Origin: Corynebacterium amycolatum
Lineage (GTDB): Bacteria; Actinomycetota; Actinomycetes; Mycobacteriales; Mycobacteriaceae
Direction: 5' to 3' (one strand)
Assembly (NCBI RefSeq): GCF_049243625.1
Contig: NZ_CP046975.1
DNA length: 32,000 nucleotides
Every line of letters starts with the position of its first letter. The first letter of the stretch is position 1. The notes under the pieces are model-generated. The model saw only the letters and a list, made by a program, of their open reading frames with translations. It had not been told where the DNA came from and did not search any database. The position numbers were made by a program, and so were the translations under genes. This document shows, piece by piece, positions 26,878 to 32,000 of this stretch.

Positions 26878-28122
26878 ATGAGTACCCGAATGCGTTTTAC
26901 GCAAACGCTCCTATTCCGCGTTATTGTCGCGATTATTCTGGGCATTGTCTGCAGCTTTTTCTTCCCGGAATGGCTGGCTCGAATTTTTGTCACTTTCAAT
27001 GGCCTCTTTGGTAACTTTCTGGGCTTCTTTATCCCGGTGCTGATTTTTGCCCTCATCACGCCGGCGATTGCCAGCCTGGGCCGTGGTGCCGGAAAGTGGT
27101 TGGGTATTACCACTGCTATTGCCTACGGCTCGACGGTGTTTTCGGGCCTATTGGCCTACGCCGCTACCCAGGGGCTCTACCCTTGGCTGCTCGGCGCTGA
27201 TCAGGCCGGTGCATCGGTGGATATTGATGAGGGCGCGCTGGAGAGCTTCTTCAATGTAGAGATGCCACCGCCGTTTGACGTCATGACCGCCCTGCTGCTG
27301 GCTTTCACGGTCGGTGTGGCGATGACCACCGTGAAGTCGGACTCGCTCTACCGCGGTGCGACACAGCTGCGCGATGTGATTATGAAGATCATCTCGGCGT
27401 TTATCATCCCGCTGCTGCCGGTTTACATCTTCGGCATGTTCCTGTCTATGGGCATGAACGGCAACCTGACCACGACGCTGTCGATGTTCTTCAAGGTGCT
27501 CGTTCTGGCAGTCATCGGCACCGTGCTTCTGTTGGCAATCCAGTTCTCCATCGCGGGTGCCATCGCTGGCCGCAGCCCGTGGCAATCCCTGAAGAACATG
27601 CTGCCGGCCTACGCCACCGCGCTCGGCACCTCGTCCTCGGCCGCTACCATTCCGGTGACTTACAAGGCCGCGCTGAAGAATGGTGTCTCGGAGAAGGTCG
27701 CTGGCTTTACCGTGCCGCTGTGCGCGACCATTCACCTGGCCGGTTCGATGATGAAGATCATCCTGTTCGCGTTTGCGGTGATGTTCATGGCGGACAAGCC
27801 GGTTTCGCCGGGTATGGCCATCGGCTTCATTCTCACTTTGGGTATCACCATGATTGCGGCTCCGGGCGTTCCGGGTGGCGCAATTATGGCCGCGGTCGGT
27901 GTGCTGCAGTCCATGCTCGGCTTCGATCAGGAGCAGGTCGCTTTGATGATTGCCGCCTACATCGCCATCGACTCCTTCGGTACCGCATGCAATGTCACTG
28001 GTGACGGCGCAATTGCCATGATCGTTAACCGCTTCGCCAAGGATGATGTCGTCGACCGTTCCGAAGAGCTCAGCTTCGACGCGGAAGTGGCCAATTCCGC
28101 ATCTTCCGCAGCCGAGGCCTGA
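26878..28122 (+). CDS. Dicarboxylate/amino acid:cation symporter (DAACS family; substrate unassigned)
   Basis: DAACS motifs GTSSSAATIPVT and DSFGTACNVTGDGA. AAGGA (26867-26871) precedes ATG 26878, which is preferred over the TTG at 26872. Confidence 0.88.
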   Translation: MSTRMRFTQTLLFRVIVAIILGIVCSFFFPEWLARIFVTFNGLFGNFLGFFIPVLIFALITPAIASLGRGAGKWLGITTAIAYGSTVFSGLLAYAATQGLYPWLLGADQAGASVDIDEGALESFFNVEMPPPFDVMTALLLAFTVGVAMTTVKSDSLYRGATQLRDVIMKIISAFIIPLLPVYIFGMFLSMGMNGNLTTTLSMFFKVLVLAVIGTVLLLAIQFSIAGAIAGRSPWQSLKNMLPAYATALGTSSSAATIPVTYKAALKNGVSEKVAGFTVPLCATIHLAGSMMKIILFAFAVMFMADKPVSPGMAIGFILTLGITMIAAPGVPGGAIMAAVGVLQSMLGFDQEQVALMIAAYIAIDSFGTACNVTGDGAIAMIVNRFAKDDVVDRSEELSFDAEVANSASSAAEA

Positions 28123-28245
28123 CTGGCTTCAGTGCATATGTAAAAATTAAAGAAAACATCCACCGGTCAACCCCGCCGCAATCTTTCACAAGGCCTTCTT
28201 ATAGGCCGATGCGGCGGGTGTTGGCATACATGTAAGGGGCCCGCC

Positions 28246-29694
28246 TTGGACTTCATTTCGACTCGCGACCCAGAGCGCACGCCGCACAAGTTCTCAGACA
28301 TTCTCCTGGGAGGTCTCGCTAACGACGGCGGCCTCTACCTGCCGGTCGAGTACCCACAGGTTGACGATGCCACTTTGACGCGTTGGCGCTCCGTGCTTGT
28401 CGACGACGGTTACGCAGCCTTGGCTGCAGAGGTCGTCAGCCTTTTTGTGGACGACATTCCGCTGGAGGATTTGCGCGGTATCTGTGCACGGGCGTACACC
28501 TACCCGAAGTTCTCCGATCCGGATATTGTGCCGGTGACGAAGCTGGAAGATCAGCTCTACATCGGTCACTTGTCCATGGGCCCCACAGCGGCATTCAAGG
28601 ATATGGCGATGCAGCTGCTCGGTGAGTTCTTCGAGTATGAGCTGGCTCGTCGTGGCGAGACCCTGAATATCCTCGGCGCCACCTCTGGTGACACGGGTTC
28701 CTCGGCCGAGTACGCAATGCGTGGCCGTGAGGGAATCAACGTGTTCATGCTAACGCCGGCTGGTCGAATGACCGCTTTCCAGCAGGCTCAGATGTTTGGT
28801 CTGCAGGATGCCAACATTCACAACGTCGCCCTCGACGGTGTCTTCGATGATTGCCAGGACATCGTTAAGGCTGTCTCCGGCGACTTGGATTACAAGGCCA
28901 GCCGCCACATTGGCGCAGTCAACTCCATCAACTGGGCTCGCCTGATGGCTCAGATTGTGTACTACGTCTCCTCGTGGATTCGTGTCACTGGCGGCAACGG
29001 TGCTGAGGCCGATAACTCGCAGAAGGTCAGCTTCAGTGTGCCGACCGGCAACTTCGGTGATATCTGCGCTGGTCATATTGCACGTCAGATGGGTGTGCCA
29101 ATTGACCGCCTGATTGTGGCTACCAATGAAAACGATGTCTTGGATGAGTTCTTCCACACGGGCGGCTACCGCGTGCGCAGCGCTGCGGAGACACAGGCGA
29201 CCTCTTCCCCATCGATGGATATCTCCCGCGCGTCTAACTTCGAGCGTTTCATCTTCGATCTGCTGGGGCGCGATGCTGAGCGGACTGCAGACCTCTTTGG
29301 TGTCAAGGTCAAGGAGGGCGGCTTCTCTCTTACTGCTGATCCAATCTTCCCGGAGGCTTCTGCCAAGTACGGGTTCCTCTCCGGTCGTTCCACCCACGCT
29401 GACCGCGTCGAGACCATCAAGGACTGCTGGGAGCGCCTGGAGGTCATGGTCGATCCGCACACCGCTGACGGCATCCACGTCGCCCGCGGCCTGGTAGACC
29501 AGGTATCCACCCCAATTGTCTGCCTGGAGACCGCCCTGCCGGTGAAATTCTCCGAGACCATCCTGGAAGCCACCGGCCGCGAGCCGGACTGTCCGGAGCG
29601 TTTCGCGGACATCATAAATGCCCCACGCCGCGTTACCGAGCTTCCGAACGATGTCGATGTGGTGAAGAAATTCATCGACGACAACGTGGCTTAA
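28246..29694 (+). CDS. thrC: Threonine synthase (long actinobacterial form)
   Basis: TTG start preceded by AAGGGG. The N-terminus MDFISTRDPERTPHKFSDILLGGLANDGGLYLP and the PLP-lysine motif GPTAAFKDMAMQ are present, at 482 aa. Confidence 0.93.
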   Translation: MDFISTRDPERTPHKFSDILLGGLANDGGLYLPVEYPQVDDATLTRWRSVLVDDGYAALAAEVVSLFVDDIPLEDLRGICARAYTYPKFSDPDIVPVTKLEDQLYIGHLSMGPTAAFKDMAMQLLGEFFEYELARRGETLNILGATSGDTGSSAEYAMRGREGINVFMLTPAGRMTAFQQAQMFGLQDANIHNVALDGVFDDCQDIVKAVSGDLDYKASRHIGAVNSINWARLMAQIVYYVSSWIRVTGGNGAEADNSQKVSFSVPTGNFGDICAGHIARQMGVPIDRLIVATNENDVLDEFFHTGGYRVRSAAETQATSSPSMDISRASNFERFIFDLLGRDAERTADLFGVKVKEGGFSLTADPIFPEASAKYGFLSGRSTHADRVETIKDCWERLEVMVDPHTADGIHVARGLVDQVSTPIVCLETALPVKFSETILEATGREPDCPERFADIINAPRRVTELPNDVDVVKKFIDDNVA

Positions 29695-29827
29695 AGCCGA
29701 TCTAGCTCAACGCCCCCCCATCCGCGCAGCAGCGATGTGGAATAGTGCCCTCTTTTTTAAGGGCAAACGGCATTATCTTGGGCTATAGGGCTGTTATTAC
29801 CCCCGTGGTTACCTCACAATTGTTCAC

Positions 29828-31612
29828 ATGAGTTTCACTCGAGTTAATAGCCGTCCTATGCCCCACGCGCCCGCGTCTTCCCCGCGGGAAGGTTCCCAAA
29901 AGACCACAACGGTCTCGCGGGCGCTGGCCGACACACTGGCCCAGCACTGCGACCACTGCTTCGGTCTCATCGGCAATGCGAACTCCCACTTCACGTCAGC
30001 CCTTACTGAATCGGGATTCGGCTACTCCTCCGTCCGACACGAATCGGCTGCTGTCGGGGCCGCCGATGCCTTCCACCGCGCAGGCGGAGGGCTTGCTATC
30101 GCGACCGCCACTTGTGGCGCAGGATTCACCAATGCGCTAACCACTCTGGCGGAGGCTCGCGTAGCCCGTATCCCGCTTATTTTTGTCGTCGGCACGCACC
30201 CGGAACGCCCCCGCCCCTTTGACCTCAATCAGGCGGCGCTCCTCGACGCCCTCGACGTCTGCCATCGCACTGTTACTCCCGAGTCCGCGCTTGACGACGC
30301 AAACTTTGCAGTCCAGCACGCACTGAGCTCTCGGCAGCCTGTCGTGCTGCTGCTCCCCTATGACCTCCAAGAAGCACAGATAACGACATCTGCGTCTGAA
30401 ACACAGTCAGCTAACCAGGAGCATCTACACACCAGCAGACCAGAATGGTTAGAGTCAACTGTCACGTCGCTGGCAGAGGAACTGCAGGCTGCCCGTCGCC
30501 CTCTCATTATTGCTGGTAGAGGTGTGCTACTCTCCGATACCGCCGAGCTAGTCCGCCGCATCGGGGACAGTGTAGGGGCACTGTTTATGCACTCAGCGAT
30601 GGCTCGTCATGTGCTTTCCAGCCCGTGGCAGATCGGCACCGTGGGCGGTTTTGCGCATACGTGGCAGGTAGAACTAGCTCGACAGGCCGATATGGTGCTG
30701 TTCCTGGGAGCAAGCTTCAACGCTTTCCAAAACCGTGGCGGCAACATGTTTGCACCGGACGCGAAAATTATCCAGGTTGTAGACGAGCCCCATCCCGCCG
30801 CTCAGCCATCGGTGACACCGCTATTGGCTAAGTTGGAGGAACTTCTGCCCGTCCTGGCAGAGCAGCTGGAGAAGCCCCTGGAATCTCGGGCGCAGACAGC
30901 CAAAGATAGCGCAATGGGTGAGACGCTGGGATCGTCGTCAAGCACATGGCGTGCGGAGTTGAAGGCACTGCCGACGACAGCGCAGGTCGAGTCGCTGACG
31001 TGCGCGGATGGCCGGTTGGATCCGCGGGCGTGCCTGCAGTATCTAAATCGTATCCTGCCCAATGAGCGCGCTGTGTGTAGTGACGGTGGCCATTTCCTGG
31101 GATGGGTTCCGAAGTATCTCGATGTACCTGGTCCGCAGCAGCAAGTGATTGTGGGCACGGCGATTCAGTCAATTGGTTTGGGCATGGGCTCGCTTGTCGG
31201 CCTCGCGGCGGCACGGCCCGAGGACTATTGCGTGCTAGTCGCCGGTGACGGTGGCGGCACGATGGGTATTGCGGATTTACCTGCGGCGATCGAGCAGCTG
31301 CGGTGTGGTCGTGGCGGTTGTGTGGTGTTCATTAACGATGCTGCCTACGGCGCGGAGCTGCACCAGTTTGGCGATGTCGGGTTGGACACCTCGTCCATGG
31401 AGATTGCCGACTACAACTTCGCCGCAGTCGGGTGCGCCTATGGCGCTCACGGTTTCAGTGTCGGCAAACCTGAAGACTTTGCCCAGCTCGACGCTTATTT
31501 CCATGACGTTTCCAACTCCGATGAGGCTTCCGTTGCCGTAATTGATTTCAAGGTCTCACGGCTGGTGGTTGCGGACTTCGTGAAGGAAGTTCTGGCTAAG
31601 GCACAAAGGTAG
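29828..31612 (+). CDS. Thiamine diphosphate-dependent enzyme (acetolactate synthase / benzoylformate decarboxylase-like; function unassigned)
   Basis: The N-terminal Pyr domain has the catalytic Glu in VRHESAAVGAADAF and the stretch TCGAGFTNALTTL. The C-terminal ThDP motif runs GDGGGTMG...VVFINDAAYGAE. The start is uncertain: ATG 29828 or ATG 29858. Confidence 0.8.
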   Translation: MSFTRVNSRPMPHAPASSPREGSQKTTTVSRALADTLAQHCDHCFGLIGNANSHFTSALTESGFGYSSVRHESAAVGAADAFHRAGGGLAIATATCGAGFTNALTTLAEARVARIPLIFVVGTHPERPRPFDLNQAALLDALDVCHRTVTPESALDDANFAVQHALSSRQPVVLLLPYDLQEAQITTSASETQSANQEHLHTSRPEWLESTVTSLAEELQAARRPLIIAGRGVLLSDTAELVRRIGDSVGALFMHSAMARHVLSSPWQIGTVGGFAHTWQVELARQADMVLFLGASFNAFQNRGGNMFAPDAKIIQVVDEPHPAAQPSVTPLLAKLEELLPVLAEQLEKPLESRAQTAKDSAMGETLGSSSSTWRAELKALPTTAQVESLTCADGRLDPRACLQYLNRILPNERAVCSDGGHFLGWVPKYLDVPGPQQQVIVGTAIQSIGLGMGSLVGLAAARPEDYCVLVAGDGGGTMGIADLPAAIEQLRCGRGGCVVFINDAAYGAELHQFGDVGLDTSSMEIADYNFAAVGCAYGAHGFSVGKPEDFAQLDAYFHDVSNSDEASVAVIDFKVSRLVVADFVKEVLAKAQR

Positions 31613-31689
31613 TTTGCCGCGAGCATGATCGGGTCACCTAGCCCCCCGGTGCGACCCCACTTCAGGCCGGTTAGTTGATGGGGTCTACA

Positions 31690-32000
31690 ATGTGGCGAGT
31701 GGTAAAGCAGCGTAACGGTAAAGATCAGATTTCATCAACAGATCAGCCCTCCACCGCGGTGGCAAAGGACCCGCGCGAGCACGTCACTGGCCGCGCGATT
31801 GCCGTCTGGCTGGCGGCGCTGATTACCTACATCGTTGCCATCGTCGGCCGCACCTCCATGGGTGTCGCTGGCGTCGAGGCGCTCGATCGCTTCCATATCA
31901 ACGCCTCCCAACTCGCGCTGTTCACCGCCGTGCAGGTTGGTGTCTACGCCCTGGCGCAGATTCCGACGGGCATCATCATTGACCGCGTCGGCGCCAAGAA
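31690..32000 (+). CDS. MFS transporter, 5' partial (runs off the window)
   Basis: My own translation from ATG 31690 gives MWRVVKQRNGKDQ...IAVWLAALITYIVAIVGRTSMGVAG...LAQIPTGIIIDRVGAK. This is a first TM helix plus the MFS motif-A-like G-x3-DRxGxK. There is no stop before the window end. Confidence 0.7.
   Translation, partial: MWRVVKQRNGKDQISSTDQPSTAVAKDPREHVTGRAIAVWLAALITYIVAIVGRTSMGVAGVEALDRFHINASQLALFTAVQVGVYALAQIPTGIIIDRVGAK

Overview
High-GC actinobacterial chromosomal segment. Gene content and order look like Corynebacterium / Corynebacteriales core genome; this is inferred from synteny and protein motifs, with no database search. The left part follows the conserved backbone pepA/pepB (M17 aminopeptidase), a three-lipoyl-domain E2 (sucB/aceF), lipB, lipA, a DUF4191 membrane protein, an RDD protein and glnA. 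A PiT phosphate transporter and an AAE-family (YidE/YbjL-like) transporter are interleaved in that backbone. Downstream of glnA lie a repeat-rich non-coding stretch, a decayed ornithine-cyclodeaminase-family gene and a second complete GSI-type glutamine synthetase. Next come two small PspC-domain genes, a repeat-containing lipoprotein, tag and panE on the minus strand, and a PTS locus. After the PTS locus come brnQ, a DAACS symporter, thrC, a ThDP-dependent enzyme and the 5' end of an MFS transporter. The PTS locus consists of a RAT/terminator leader, an EIIBCA permease, a BglG/LicT-type antiterminator, HPr and Enzyme I. The most unusual observation is that the antiterminator ORF has no stop codon and runs in frame through a roughly 50-residue low-complexity linker into a complete HPr, which still keeps its own Shine-Dalgarno sequence and ATG. 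Other points worth a second look are the paired GSI genes flanking the pseudogene, a phased 21-bp TCGACAAGTG-type repeat array with a 17-bp inverted repeat, and two E2 lipoyl-domain modules that are 221/222 nt identical. I found no rRNA, tRNA, CRISPR array, IS element or prophage gene. Most of the window is ordinary housekeeping DNA.
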